Source of the DNA: Octopus sinensis
Lineage: Eukaryota
Direction of reading: 5' to 3'
Length of the DNA: 64,000 nt
Assembly (NCBI RefSeq): GCF_006345805.1
Contig: NC_043009.1
Location: forward strand, 41,230,001-41,294,000
Shown here: piece after piece, positions 25,475-39,480 of the stretch
Layout of the letters: each line of letters opens with the position of its first letter
How positions within the stretch are numbered: the first letter of the stretch is position 1
Notes under the pieces: generated by a model
Database searches by the model: none
What the model was told of the DNA's origin: nothing
What the model saw: the letters and a program-made list of their open reading frames with translations, nothing else
Made by a program: the position numbers and the translations under genes

Positions 25475-25830
25475 AACAAGAGCACTCAAAGAGTGCAGGC
25501 CTCTACCAAGGCAACACCAACATCCTCAGATTTTTAAATTGAGAATATCTGAAATAAACTCGACTGCTCACACAAACAAGAATACTAAAAATGAACCAAA
25601 CTGCTCTCAAAATTTATGTAAAAATACAGGAAAAATAATCCAGAATCCTTGTCCAGTATCAGACTGATCCCAAAATCTAATCAGTTCATGCCAGTCACGA
25701 GAACAAATATACCTGAGAGTTTCATCGAAATCCATCCAGCGGTTCTTGAGATATCTTGTCCACAGACACACAAACAAACAAACAAACACAACTGAAAACA
25801 ATACCTCCACCTTCGCTAAGGTGGAGTAAT
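25475..25830 (+). mobile_element. Non-autonomous Helentron-type (DINE-1/HINE-like) element, second copy
   Basis: Colinear with 5022-5379; perfect 9-bp 3' hairpin CTCCACCTT-CGCT-AAGGTGGAG at 25805-25826. Confidence 0.7.
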
Positions 25831-26129
25831 AACAAATTATAAGAACAGTACTTACTTATGTAATGAACTTTTGGACAGCTGGATCAACCTACACACACAC
25901 ACACACATTGGGTTTCTTTCAGTTTCCTTCTACAAAATCCACTCACAAGGCTTTGGTCAGCCTGAGGCTATAGTAGAAGACATTTGCCCAAGGTGCCACA
26001 CAGTGAGACTGAACCCGGAACCATGTGGTTGGTAAGCAAGCTACTTTTACCACACAACCACACCTGTGCCTATATATATATATATAAGCAGTTTCCCAGA
26101 TTCTTTGGCATGTATATTCCCCACCTTGA

Positions 26130-26702
26130 CTGTAAAGGTGCCCATGTGGCCACATGTAAAATCGTTTGAGCAGTGTCATGTAAAAGCACCCCTACAGTGC
26201 CACATAAAAGTATCTCTGCAGCAACATGTAAAAGCATCTGTGCAGCAACACGTAAAAGCACCAACATGAAAAAGCGTCCATGCAGTACCAAGCAAATGCA
26301 CCTGTGTGGCAACATGTAAAAGTGCCGATGTAGTGCCACATAAAAACATCATTGCGATGCCATGCAAAAGTGTCTGTATGGCATCACATAAAAGTGCACG
26401 TGAAGCAACATGTAAAAGCGCACACACAGCATCATGTAGTGCCACGTAAATGCACGCATGTGGTGCCACATGAAAGCGCCTGTACAGTATCACGTAAAAG
26501 CAACCATGCAGCGCCATGTAACAACATCCAGCACACCCTGTAAAGTGGTTGGTGTAAGGAAGGGTATCCAGCCATAGAAACCATGCCAAGTCAGAATGGA
26601 GTCTGGTGCAACCCCCTCAGCTTAGCAACTCTAATCACACCATTCAACCCATTCCCGCATGGATAATGGATGTTAAATGATGATGATGATGATGATGACG
26701 AT
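26130..26702 (+). mobile_element. RTE-X-tail element preceded by a degenerate ~22-bp tandem array (GTGCCACGTAAAAGCACC-like)
   Basis: Repeated CACATGTAAAAGCA units 26130-26545, then GTGGTTGG..AGGAAGGGTATCCAGC tail ending in (GAT)n. Confidence 0.8.
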
Positions 26703-27433
26703 GACAATCTGACAGGTCTAAGGACAGCCTCAAGCTCCAAGGAGCAGAAGTTGCTAAGCTGTGAGCAGAAATTGCTTCACAAACTTAACTCTCAGAGAAA
26801 GAAAGAAAGCTCAACTCTTATTTTACGGCAGATGCCGAAATGGTTCCACATTAAAGACACAAACAAACTTGATGTTTGATAGAAAATGATTTCAACTGAT
26901 TAATTCAACTGTCGGGTATCACAAGTAATATTTAATTTATGGGTACCAGAGAGATTTAAGGCAAGAACTTAAGCAGACACAAATGAATTAACTGTAATAC
27001 AAGCCACAGTTTCCAGCTTTCTTGCCATCTTCCCACAGAGACATTAGTGTAATCAACAGTTTCACTTTGAATTTTACTCACCAATTAATATTATATTAAA
27101 TCAACCATTGCATCTAAGAATGGCTTTAAGCTTTTGCCACTGGAGAATGTAAATGGTAAATCTATTATAAAGGGATCTAACTTAAGTCTAAAGAGAATGA
27201 TGTTAAGGAGCATTACTGTTGAGCTGCCTGCAATGCAGCTTTTGACTTCTTCATCCCCCTTAACGGGAGCAGAAAGTGACACAATATTGGTAACTTGAAA
27301 TACACAAAGGGCAAAAAGCACAACAATAACAAGAACAACATCAAAACTGTAGCAAAAAAAAAAAAAAATAATAATCACTTTCTAAAATTGCAGAATAGCC
27401 ATTTTCAAAATTTCAGCCCCTTACCCACAAAAG

Positions 27434-27487
<54 letters not shown>

Positions 27488-27892
27488 GTAATAATAATAA
27501 TAATAATAATAATGGGGGGAGTCATATTAGCATAAAAGAAAACATATTAGGTTCCTTAAACAATCTAAACAGCTGTTATAAATTTTCCCAAAGAATCAAT
27601 TCCAAAAAAACAAATTAAGCTTAGTTAATCCCAGATCAGCAAATTATGCAGGATAAAGTTGCTGGTCGTCTACAAATGACTTCAAGTTTAAATCTGAGAA
27701 AAGAAACAAAACGCTGCAGTCTAGCAGATGATCCATTTTACAAGAGTTCCTCTCTCAAACAGAGAAACATATTTTTTGGAATCACACACAGAAATAAGGC
27801 TTTCATTTCTTTTGGACCTCTATCTGTGTGTATGAGTGTATGTATAATATATAAATATATCTGAGTGTACATACATATATTTGTATGCAGAT

Positions 27893-27931
<39 letters not shown>

Positions 27932-28050
27932 CATGTGCACACATAAATTCATGTATGTATACATAAACATATGCCTGTGTGAGTGTGTCAAGTATATACA
28001 TACATATATATATGTATATGTGTGTGTGTGTGTGTGTGTATGTATATAAT

Positions 28051-28096
<46 letters not shown>

Positions 28097-28547
28097 ACAT
28101 ACATATATATATATACACACACTCACACAGTCATATATTTATGTACACACATGTATACATACATATTTTCCTACATGAATTTATGTGTGCACATGAACAT
28201 ATATATATATATATATATGTATGTATATATGTATGTACACTCAGATATATCTATATATTATACATACATATATATATATATATATGTGTGTATATATATG
28301 TGTGTGTATATATATATATATATATAATATATATATATATATTTACATATATACATACATATGCGTATGTATGTGTGTGCTGATGTGTTTCTGATGATGT
28401 AATCAAGAAGTATAGATATCATTTAACACTTTAACTTCTCCCTGTGTTTATGAATTTCTCTGTAAACATACAAGCCTCGTACAAGGATGCCATTCCAATC
28501 AGTATTGGAATACATGCTAAGTCACTCGCTAGAAAAAAAATAATAAC

Positions 28548-28583
<36 letters not shown>

Positions 28584-28659
28584 ACAAATCAAACAAGAAA
28601 AATATAACTATAATAGAAAAAGAAATATAAAGAAAAAAAAGCAACTACCAGCATATACA

Positions 28660-28700
<41 letters not shown>

Positions 28701-29047
28701 GTGAATTTTTTTAAATATACATGTGTGTGAGTGTGTGTATGTGTGTGTCTGTGTAAATAGTAAAAGACAGAAATTTCCTTTTTCAATAGAAATTCTGTAT
28801 TAGAACAAATATCAAAAACGTCACCTTCAATAATATATTGACTTAAGAATTGCTACAGTGGAACTTCCAACTTTCTCTTTTATTGAATATGTGCATGCAT
28901 GTGTATTCATACATAGATATATATATATACCATCATATATAGATATATGCATAAGATTTTTTAAAGTGATAAAGGATAAAAGGTAAAAATGCAATGGTTT
29001 TTTAATCATTAAAAAAAAAGGTGCACACACACACACACACATAATAT

Positions 29048-29079
<32 letters not shown>

Positions 29080-29283
29080 AAAAGTATGTGTTTGTGTGTA
29101 TATTTTTTAAAAATTCATATTATATTTGATATAATATAAATTGAGAGGCTATCCATGTAATTTTTGCAAGGAATGGCAAAATTTCATATCTATGCAATAA
29201 TTTCCAATAAAATAGACATCAAAACTGAAAAGAAATTTAAGAATGCATGCAGCTATATACATATATATATACATATAGGTAGT

Positions 29284-29333
<50 letters not shown>

Positions 29334-29355
29334 ATATATTATATATATATAATAT

Positions 29356-29392
<37 letters not shown>

Positions 29393-29771
29393 CATACATG
29401 CATGCAAACATAGGTAGATAGATAGATATAGAAATATATGTAATGGATATAGGTTTTGTGTGTGACACACACATCTATCTATCTATATTTATCTACATAC
29501 ATACATCATCATCATTTAACGTCCGCCATCCATACACACATGTACGAGTGTGTGAGTGTATGTATGTATGTATGTATGTATGTAGGCTATTTAGATGTCT
29601 TATTGAAATAACTAAGTGAAGTAAATATGAAGGAAGTCACAAAAAAAATATACAAGAAATAGCTAAAATTTCTAGAATTAAATAAGAACGTTGCAAAAGA
29701 TTAGTTCAACATGCTTGTTTTGTTTCTTAATATTATCATCATCATCAATAGTATTATTATTACTATTATTA

Positions 29772-29831
<60 letters not shown>

Positions 29832-30109
29832 TTTTGAACCATTCTTCTGCCTTCTTCCTTTTTTTTTCTCAATAGATAAATATTGAGAAATATGAAAAGA
29901 AAACAAGATATAGAAGCATGCACACGTGCTCACACACACACACACATACACATATACACACACACACACATGCATAGCTATTGTATCAATGCTAAAAATG
30001 TGAAAACAAACATGGCAAGGCAAAAATATTTAATACTGAAATGACAGACTGAAATGAAATACAAGGAAAGAAGAGTGGGACAGACGAGAAGAAGGAAGCT
30101 GTTGCAGTT

Positions 30110-30376
30110 TATGTATGTATGTATGTAAAAATGTATCATGCATATATGTATATATATATATATATGTATGTGTATGTGTGTGAGAGCATGTGTATGCATG
30201 CATTTGGGTAGGTGTGCATGTCTGTATATATACATGTGTATATATATATGTGTGTGAGTGTGTGTGTACATACATACACTTACACACACACATATCCACA
30301 TATACATTTGCATGCATATCTACATATACGTATATACATATCAGTGCATATATGTGTGTATATGTGTGTCTGTGAA

Positions 30377-30452
<76 letters not shown>

Positions 30453-30560
30453 TGTGGTGTGTGTATATATATGTGTATATATATATATATACACCACACA
30501 CATCTCTCTGTATATGTATATATATGTATATATATATGTGTATAAATATATATATACATA

Positions 30561-30656
<96 letters not shown>

Positions 30657-30723
30657 GTGTGTGTATGTGTGTATATATATATATATAAATGTGTATGTGT
30701 GTATATATATATATATGTGTGTA

Positions 30724-30766
<43 letters not shown>

Positions 30767-31327
30767 ATATATATATATAATATATATATATATATGTGTG
30801 TATGTATATATATATATACACACACACACATACATGCATGTGTATGTATACATGTACATACAGTTCTGTATGCGTGCATAGGTATATCAATGTGTGTGTG
30901 TGTGTACGTGTGTGTAAGTATGCATACATGCATCAGATTACAACGTAATTTAAAAACTATGCTGTTATTTTGTGCACCAGAGAATGACCAATATACAAAC
31001 AGTATATTAATTTCATGTAATATTACATTATAATATGAAAATTAAAGAAACACGACTACTAGAGAATACAACCAAGGCTGAATGAAATATATCGCAATAC
31101 AATTTCATAAATCGCACATTAAATATATTCTTCAATTACCAATTAATTTACACATGAAAGATAGAAACACTAACTGCTATAGCATTGTATATATATACAT
31201 ACATATATATATATATATATACATATATACATATACATACATATACATACATATACATACATATATATACATATACATATATATATACATATACATACAT
31301 ATATACATATATATACATATACATACA

Positions 31328-31363
<36 letters not shown>

Positions 31364-31590
31364 CATATACATATATACATATACATACATATATACATAT
31401 ACATACATATATATATACATATATATATATATATACATACATATATATATATACATACATATATATATACATACATATATACATATACATATATATATAT
31501 ATAACATATATATATACATATATATATATATACATATATAATATACATACATATATATATAATATATATATACATACATATACATATACG
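30110..31590. repeat. Two very long compound (TA)/(TG)/(TACA) microsatellite fields (30110-30930, 31185-31590)
   Basis: Dinucleotide/tetranucleotide low-complexity sequence; source of the longest spurious ORFs. Confidence 0.95.
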
Positions 31591-31614
31591 GACGCTAAAC
31601 GATGATGATGTTGA

Positions 31615-31661
<47 letters not shown>

Positions 31662-31947
31662 CGTATAGACATTGTTGTATGTATGCATGTATTTATATGT
31701 GTGTATACACAGTCATAAAGGGAGACGTTCAGTGCATCACTTCTACACAATGTGGTGTATATGGGACTGTGTTTGTATGTCACAATAAAGTACTTTTGGT
31801 GCATGTTATATAGATGATTGGTAGATGTGGTTGTGTGGTAAGATGTTTGCTTCTCGACCGCATGGTCTCAGGTTCAATCCCACTGAGCGGTAATTTAGGC
31901 AAGTGTCTTTCTATTGTAGCCCAGATTGACCAAAGTCCTGTTAGTCT

Positions 31948-32331
31948 GGATGGAAGCACTCTGTCGGTTACGACGACGAGGGTTCCGGTAGATCCAATCA
32001 ACGGAACAGCCTACTCGTGAAATTAACGTGTAAGTGGCTGAGCACTCCACAGACACGTTACCCTTAACGTAGTTCTCGGGGATATTCAGCATGACACAGA
32101 GAGTGACAAGGCCGGCCCTTTGAAATACAGGTACAACAGAAACAGGAAGTAAGAGTGAGAGAAAGTTGTGGTGAAAGAGTACAGCAGGGATCACCACCAT
32201 CCCCTGCCGGAGCCTCGTGGACCTTTAGGTGTTTTCGCTCAATAAACACTCACAACGCCCGGTCTGGGGATCGAAACCGTGATCCTACGACCGCGAGTCC
32301 GCTGCCCTAACCACTGGGCCATTGCGCCTCC
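31948..32331 (-). mobile_element. Young CpG-rich tRNA-derived SINE with 12-bp TSD, nested in an older CORE-type SINE
   Basis: Minus strand head GGAGGCGCAATGGCCCAGTGG (A box) ... GGTTTCGATCCC (B box-like). Direct repeat TCCTGTTAGTCT at 31936-31947 and 32332-32343. Host SINE spans about 31825-32375. Confidence 0.9.
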
Positions 32332-32659
32332 TCCTGTTAGTCTATTTGGTAGACAGAGACTGAAAGAAGCTCATTGTGTATATTATGTGTACATGTGTGT
32401 GTGTGTGTGTGTGTGTGTTACTGTCGCTTTACCTTCGTTTCATATGATAGTTGCAAATGGATGCTACCAGCATGCAAGAGGCGTTTTCCATTTTTAATCT
32501 TCCATGAAAGCATGTCAAATCATTAGAAAATATTGCCTCACTTGGAAACAGGTGAGGGTTTGTAACAGGAAGGGAGTCTGACGGTAGGAAATCTGCCTTG
32601 ACAAATTTCATCGAATCCATGCAAAGCATGGAAAAAAGGATGTTGCTCTCTTTTTTTTT

Positions 32660-33052
32660 TTTACTTGTTTCAGTTATTTGACTGTGGCCAAGCTGGAGCA
32701 CTGCCTTTAGCCAAGCACATCGACCCCAGGACTTATTCTTTGTAAGCCTAGTACTTATTCTATCAGTCTCTTTTGCTGAACCGCTAATTTACGGGGACGT
32801 AAACACACCAGCATCAGTTGTCAAGTGATGTTGGGGGGGACAAACACATACACACAAACATATACACACACATACATATACATATATACGACAGGCTTCT
32901 TTCAGTTTCCGTCTATCAAATCCACTCACAAGTCTTTGGTTGGCCCGAGACTATAGTAGAAGGCACCAGCCCAAAGTGCCATGCAGTGGGACTGAATCCG
33001 GAACCATGTAGTTCGTAAGCAAGCTACTTACCACACAGCCACTCCTGCGTCT
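32660..33052 (-). mobile_element. Full-length CORE-type SINE (head, core, internal microsatellite, tail)
   Basis: Same organisation as 41112-41500(+), 45415-45797(-) and 60140-60478(-). Confidence 0.85.
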
Positions 33053-34339
33053 ATGTTAAATGACAACAGTGATAATGATGATGATGTATATTTGGCGACT
33101 GAAGCATGCACACTCATAGAAGCATATTTGATTAGTACTGAATACATATGCAATGAGGCACATGTAGTGTCTGTATAATATTGAAAACAAGCCACAGCTC
33201 CATCACTCAAGAGGTGAGTACGACTTGATAGAATGTAACATGCTTCTGCGAATTGTTTTAGCTATTCAGTACCCTCTATAAAAAATGGTGTGGATGATGT
33301 ATTGGAAGCCAATCTCAAAATGCTGAACCTTATAAAGGAAATGACAGAGGACCAAGGATATATGGTGCATTGCTGTGTCCAAGAAGACCCACCCAACACA
33401 ACAGAATAGAGATCCTAAAACAAAGGTGCCAAGTAAAAAGTACTGGTGCTGGTGTCACATAAAAACATTGGTAATGGTGCCATGTTAAAAGCACCCAGTA
33501 CACTCTGTTAAGGGATTGGTGTTAGGAAGGGCATCAGTCATAGAAATCAAGCCAAAACAAACTATGGAGCCTAAGTGTGGACCCTGGCCATGCCAGTTCC
33601 TGTCAATCCTTCCCACCCATGTCAGCATGGAAAACACTAAATGCTGCTGATGATGGTTCATGTGGTTGTGAGCAGACACAGAGACTCTCTCAACCCTTCC
33701 ACTTTTGACCCAGAGCAACATCTAGCACAGGCAACCTTTTGCAAGAAGCAGGCCTCAACATCATATAGGCCACATTATTAATAATTGAAGTAAATCTTTT
33801 AATAGGCAAGCCACATGTAGATCCCATGGCGGATCTAGGATGAGAGAGAGAGAGTACACCAACAAGTACAGTACAGAGGGAAAATGGAGAACTGATTTTG
33901 TTATAAATATCTTACATCAGAATTAGTCAGGAGGAAGGGTTTGTGGCGCATGATCTGAGATGATTGAGATAGTTAGTGTTCCTTTTGAACAGTTCCAAGT
34001 CAATGATCACAGTGTAGGATAAGATATCCAGGGAGCCAAAGTTCTGGGAAAAAAACAGGGAACAGAGATTAATACAGGGTCTAGGAGTAGGGCAGGAACA
34101 ATACAAATACAGAGAACAGAATCAAGTAAATCAATAGTTTTTGAGTAGTAGTGGTGCAAGCAGTTCTGATAAAGCAGAGGCCACTGTAATAGCAGTGAAA
34201 GATGGTAATGAGAGGACACAGCACTCTGTGGAGCCAAGGTCAGAGTGTGTTTGCAGTAGCAACCAATTTATGAATAATGAGTATGATAGGGCTCCTCCAA
34301 AGAATCTCTGGGGCCACTAGTTATCCACATTAAGCGATC

Positions 34340-34520
34340 ACAGCACCAATTCTACAGACATGCAATCAGAACTGCAAGATGGATTCTTGAAGATGAGCCA
34401 AATGACAGAAGACCTTGAGGTAGACCAAGAACGAAATGGTAGCATAATATCCATAATCTCAATTTGTCACACTTGGCAATTCAGCCAGAAAATCTAATGA
34501 TAGTGGCCTTATGGAGAAAG
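34340..34520 (+). pseudogene. RTE-clade LINE ORF C-terminal remnant
   Basis: Conceptual translation ..RTARWILEDEPNDRRP*GRPRTKW*HNIHNL..LAIQPENL, resembling the RTE RRPRGRPRTRW motif. Confidence 0.6.
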
Positions 34521-35688
34521 TGTCTGGGGACTCTGCCAGCAAGACCCTTCCAGGAATAGTGAGTGGAGAAAATGGATGGATGAATAGATGGATAGAGTTT
34601 GAATCTTGCTACAGACATTACAGAAACTTATGGATATGCTGTGGGACCCTGATGATGGCCTTGGAATATAGAGAACAATGGCAGATTAGAAATAAGCCAG
34701 TCTTGATTGAGATGCCTTTGGCTAAGCATTATAGACTCTTCCAGTAATTTCGACATAAACATATATATCATCATCATCATCATTTAATGTCCACCTTCCA
34801 TGGCAGCATAAATTCTCAAGTAGAATCAGTGTATGTCAAGGCTTGCACAAATTAAAGATATAGTCCATAGAATGACCTTTTGCAGTTTTCGTCTACCTAA
34901 TTTCACTTGGGTTGACTAGAGGCTAAGGTAAAGAAACCTGCCCAATATGCCAAGTGGTAGTATTGAACCAAGAACCTCATGGTTGTGAAGCAAACTTCTT
35001 AACAATTCAACCATGCCAGCATCCATTGGTAAAGGATACAGCACATAAACAATATATTACATATTGCAATAGATGGACTTTAAAGGAATGCATATTCTAA
35101 GAAAATATATAGCAAAATTTAAGGGGAAGTGATTTGAAACAGGCTGGCAGCCTATCCTGGGACAAAAAAAGAATTTCTTCTGCTTCTGCACAAACTTAGT
35201 GAGACAAGAGCCCTGTACCAGATTATGAACCCCAGAGGTTGATTTTAAGGAAGGGTAAACTAAGCAATTATAAGTGTGGGTAGTTATGCCATACATTCCA
35301 CAAAGCAGGAATAGATGTAAATCTGAGGACAATGGGGCATTTAGCTCTTGTGTGATCAGAGCAATTCTGTAGTGTGAAAGTTGCAGAAAGCAAGATAAAG
35401 TTTTGGTAATCTATATATCAAAAGAATTCAATGGCTAGCTTTGTTGAGCAAAGAATATGTTTTAGAGATGAATAATTCCTTTCATTGCATTGTGTGGCAA
35501 GTTTGGTAAATCCATTTAAATTTGCAGCTTCAACTTCTATTTCTAAACTATAGATTGCTGTTATATGACAGAACTAACCACGCATTTCTGGTCATGCTTT
35601 GTACCAACAGAATATATTACATAGGCAGCTGTTGCTTAAGGTATGGTCGGGGAAGGGGGTAGCCTGGCTTATATATAATATATATATA

Positions 35689-35737
<49 letters not shown>

Positions 35738-35935
35738 TACAAATGCTTCTTGAATATTGTCATATTGTTTATTATTGAGTAGAGAGCAAGAGAGAGAATA
35801 GGAGTGGCGAGAATAGGAGTGGCAAAAAGTGGAGTGGTGTGACAGCTCTTGTGTGGTACATGGGGAGCTAGTGATGTTTAAAATGATTGAACTTTGGTGT
35901 AGTAACAACTGATATCAGAAATATATATATATATA

Positions 35936-36145
35936 CAGGGTGTCCCAGAAGTCACGCACCATTCTGGTTTCCATTAAAAATAATTAAAGCATTTTATTTC
36001 ATTATATTTTTTTCGGCATATTTATTGTAGAGGGTGCTCAATTTTCATCATTTCTTACGATTAATTTCAATAAAGTGTTTTTGAAATCAATAAGGGTGTA
36101 TTCTTTTACAAAACCAGGGTGGTGCGCAATTTCTGGAACACCCTG
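35936..36145. mobile_element. Tc1-type MITE, 210 bp
   Basis: Imperfect ~35-bp TIRs CAGGGTGTCCCAGAAGTCACGCACCA.. and ..TGGTGCGCAATTTCTGGAACACCCTG, flanked by TA in (TA)n. Confidence 0.85.
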
Positions 36146-38579
36146 TATATATATGTATATATATATATATATAATATATATATATATATATTCTGCCTTC
36201 TCTGAATAGTGAAGATTGATAGCAAACGAACTAAAATTCACATTGAAGGTGCAGGAACTGCAAACTGTGCATTGAGTTGCAGCTTTTTTATATGTCAAAG
36301 ATATTCCTTAGCTTCTTCATAAAGAAAGATCCAAAAATCAACAACTAACCCTGGAATGGAAAATATCAACTAAAACCTTTGAAGGCAGTACTCCGGCATG
36401 ACCACAGTGTAATGAACTGGTGAATGGTTTTAAAACAATGAAAACCTAAAATAAACAATTCTAGAAGATGAGGAGATAACATGGAGTAGCCAGCTATCAA
36501 TCACCCAGATAATTTTATACTGCTTTCTCTCTATCTTATGCAGTGGTTCTCAACGAATTGTAACTCAACACTTCCTAGTACTGAATGGCATTTTATAAAC
36601 ACACACCCCCACCATGTTTCACAATAATAATTATAAAAATAATAATAAAAAAATCAGACAGAAGCTAATTTGCACATAGGTTTATTGTCAGTCATGTTTC
36701 TGTTCACTGATAATACAATGTCCAATGCACATTCTTCTCTCAACAAAGATATTTTAAAAATATAAATTCCATACTAGGTTTGACCTTAATATTTTACTTG
36801 TTTCAGTCATTGGACTGCAGCCATGCTGGGGTAAAGGTTTTAATCGAACTTGAGATACTCATCCTGCCTTGGTTTTTGATGTCCTTTTCTTCTCATATAT
36901 ACATATGTGTGTGTGTGTGTGTGTGTGTGTGTCTTTGTGCCCGTGTTTGTCTCACCATTTCACAACTGGTGTTGTTGTGTTTACATCCCTGTAACTTAGT
37001 GGTTCAGCAAAAGAGACTGATAGAATAAGTACTAGGCTTAAGAAATAAGTCTTAGGGTAAATTTGTTTGACTAAAACCCTTCAAAGTGGTGCTCCAGCAT
37101 GGTTGCAGTCAAAATGACTGAAACCAGTAAAATAGAAAAAAAAAGAAATGAAAAGAACAACTTTTATCTCACTGAAGTTAAATATATATCGTAATATAAT
37201 ATAATATAATATAATCATAGTCTAATTAGCATTCCACAATTTATGATGAGCGTTCCAGTAGATCTGATCAATGGAACAGCCTGCTCATGACAATAACATG
37301 CAAGTGGCTGGGCACTCCACAAACACACATACCCCTAATGTAGTACTCAGGGAAATTCAGTATAGTACAGAATGTAGAATGCAATAAAGTTGACCCTTTA
37401 AGCTACAGGTACAACTCATTTTTGCCAGCTGAGTGAACTGGAGCAACGTGAACCAATCTCACAATCATGAGCCGGATACATTAACCACTAAGCCATGCAT
37501 CGTTCATTATAATATAATCCTATTTAATTTAGATCAGTGAAAGAGATGTGTTGTAGATACCACAGTTATTAAAGTGACACTGCAAAATTAATTTGACACC
37601 ATGAAATATTTCAGTATTTCTCTACGATATTCACTGTCATATTATTGTATGTTGTAGATACCTCAGTTATTAAAGTGACACTGTGAATTAAGGTGACACC
37701 AGCAAATATTTCTCAATGATATTCAGAGGCATATTATCTTGTGAGAGACGGTGAAATGAACAATATTAAAAACATTGTAATTATCCAGTGATAACACATG
37801 CTTTTGGGCTTTTAGAAGACTACCAATAAGAATAATATCAGTGAGAAATGAGAGGAAGTGAGCGGAGGGGTTGGTAAGGTGGGGTGGGAGAGGTCACTGA
37901 TTAGAGAATAAATTAATAAAAATCTGATTAAAAGCATTAAAGAAATTCTTTCTAGTCACTCTGAACTCTGGAACTTTCCTCTTCTCACAAGAATTGTTTT
38001 GGGGTCCTTTATTTTTTGTTTTTGCACTGCATTTAAAGAGATTTCAAATTAATTATTAAAATGAGGAACAATTGACCAGCAAGGAATATAATTGGTTCAA
38101 TTACTGTAACATCGTTAGCTGTCAGAGGTTGATTGCGACGTATCAGACTGCAGTAAGTCCACTTAAATGAGCAGCAGTAAAATAGAAATAAAAAATCTAA
38201 AAACAAAAATAAAAACAAACAAAACTAATTGATGTTAATGAAGAAGAGATATAGGAAATTTTTTATTGTGGATTGTTATTTATTTTTTGTTGTTGTTTTA
38301 TTTGGCTTTTCTTCTTTCAGTTTTGATTTATAACCTAACAACGTTCATTCTAATGGCCTTGTGAGCCACAAATGAAATATAATAACAAACAAAAAAAAAT
38401 AATTTTTTAAATCATATGGAGTAAAGAATACAAGACAAAACTAGCTATTTAGACTAAGCAGAAAAAAAAAACTGAAAAATGAAATCTTTAAAAATCATAA
38501 AAAGTCTGCTGAGTACCAAGGTTTCAATTTCTATGTGGTCGTTCATTTGTTTCTACATCTGTTCTTCTAAGCTTGCATG

Positions 38580-38830
38580 GTTTTTGAGGCACTGCATAGC
38601 TTTTTGAAGCATTGTTTCACAGCCATATGCTCTTCTTGTTGCTAATCCCTATTATTCAAGAGAGGGACATTTTTGGACTTCTTATTCTATGTCTTCAAAT
38701 ATGATGGTTCCAGCTGATGTTTTTGAAGGTTCTCAGGGCTTTCTTATGCAAGCTGTCAATCCTCTTTGCCAGGGTCTTCATGAGGGGCCACACTTCTGCT
38801 CCATATAGACTGACACATTACATACACTCA
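38580..38830 (-). pseudogene. RTE-clade LINE reverse-transcriptase C-terminal fragment
   Basis: Minus-strand translation SLYGAEVWPLMKTLAKRIDSLHKKALRTFKNISWNHHI matches the RTE LYGxExW..RI..F...LR.I..I.W pattern. Confidence 0.7.
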
Positions 38831-39446
38831 GCTTAGTCTTCCAAGAGATAGATCAATTCCATAGGGAGTGCATGACTCCAGTGGCCAGAGCACAAGAAGT
38901 GTATCTTCAAAGGCTCAGAACCAGCAGCGGAATCATTATGAGAGGAAACTGACATCAACAAGACCACTTGTAGCTCAGCAATTTTAGCAGAAGGACAAAT
39001 GTAAGCAAATAAACACACACACACACAAATATATACATATATATAGACACACAATATAATTTGTGAGTGTGTAGGTATGCATATCATCATCATTATTTAA
39101 CATCCGTTGTCCATGCTGGCATGAGTTGGACAGTTTGACCAGGGCTGGCAAGCTGGAAGGCTGCACCAGACTCCAGTCTGGTTTTGGCATGGTTTCTATG
39201 ACCAGATGCCCTTCCAAATGCCAACCACTCCGAGAGTGTAATGGGTGCTTTTACATGTCACTGGCACATGTGCCATTTGCATGGTATCGGTACCTGCCAA
39301 TGGACTCAGTCATTGCCTCCATGAGGCCCAATGGTCGAAGCCTGGCATAATGCCAAATGATCTCGGTCTTTGCTTCCGTAAGGCCCAATGCTTGACAGGT
39401 GCTTTTACATGCCACTGGCACAAGTACCATTTGTGTGACACCGGTA

Positions 39447-39480
<34 letters not shown>

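Noticed and set aside
37547-37740. Diverged ~101-bp tandem duplication (similar ~120-bp duplication at about 16770-17003)
   Set aside because: Ordinary old local duplication with no further structure.
38050-38160. Possible plus-strand exon ending at GTAAGT
   Set aside because: No convincing acceptor, the peptide is not recognisable, and isolated donor hexamers are expected by chance in 64 kb.
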